Assembly (NCBI RefSeq): GCF_009914755.1
Contig: NC_060934.1
Length of the DNA: 64,000 bases
Source of the DNA: the human T2T-CHM13v2.0 reference genome, Homo sapiens
Strand: one strand, 5' to 3'
Shown: positions 63,710 to 64,000 of the stretch, piece by piece
Position numbering within the stretch: position 1 is the first letter of the stretch
Layout of the letters: the number at the start of each line of letters is the position of its first letter
Notes under the pieces: model-generated
The model's input: only the letters and a program-made list of their open reading frames with translations
What the model was told of the DNA's origin: nothing
Database searches by the model: none
Position numbers and translations under genes: made by a program

Positions 63710-64000
63710 CACCGGGCGGGGTGACTTATGACTTGAGTTCAGAGGGATGGCTGGACTCCAGAGGAGAGATGGCTTGACTTCCGGGAAGAGCCAGCCAGAA
63801 ACAGGCAGACTTTGGGGTAAGATTACTTGCCCATCCTGTCCCTTCTCCAGCTCCCATGTCTGCTGAGAGCCATTTCCATCACTTAATAAAATTCTCTGCC
63901 TTCAACATCCTTCAAGTGTCTGGGCAACCTCATTCTTCTTGGATGCCAGACAAGAGTTCAGGACCCATTGGGTGCGGGTACCCAGAAAAGGCTGTCACAC
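63710..64000 (+). mobile_element. ERV1 LTR fragment (MER50/LTR1-group-like), runs off the window
   Basis: GAGAGCCATTTCCATCACTTAATAAAATTC...GACAAGAG...AAAGGCTGTCACAC. Confidence 0.65.

Overview
Human (primate) genomic DNA, recognised from the translated exons as the SPOCK2/ASCC1 locus (chr10q22, from recall; no search was run). The complete SPOCK2 (testican-2) coding sequence lies on the minus strand. It has 11 coding exons from ATG 47161 to TAG 21593. All introns are GT-AG and the exons sum to 1275 nt (424 aa plus stop). It includes a 9-nt EVE microexon, a CpG-island promoter (~45.3-47.6 kb) and a ~3.7-kb 3'UTR ending near 17.86 kb. About 7 kb upstream on the same strand is the 3' end of ASCC1: the last exon (56167-56283) with its 3'UTR, plus an Alu-derived exon and a small partner exon giving an alternative C-terminus. 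The rest is intronic or intergenic DNA dense in Alu, MIR, L1/L2, MaLR/ERV LTRs and DNA transposons. Nearly all ORFs in the supplied track are Alu- or GC-driven noise. The most interesting signals are RNA-processing switches: (1) an 89-nt 5'UTR intron that holds every upstream AUG, (2) an intron-1 alternative last exon predicting a secreted 77-aa mini-testican, (3) a stop-free last intron whose retention would flip the acidic GAG-bearing tail into a poly-Arg tail without NMD, (4) a neural-type microexon, and (5) an exonised ASCC1 Alu paired with an inverted AluY. No wholly new gene system could be supported. Repeat boundaries and subfamily names are approximate, made by eye.
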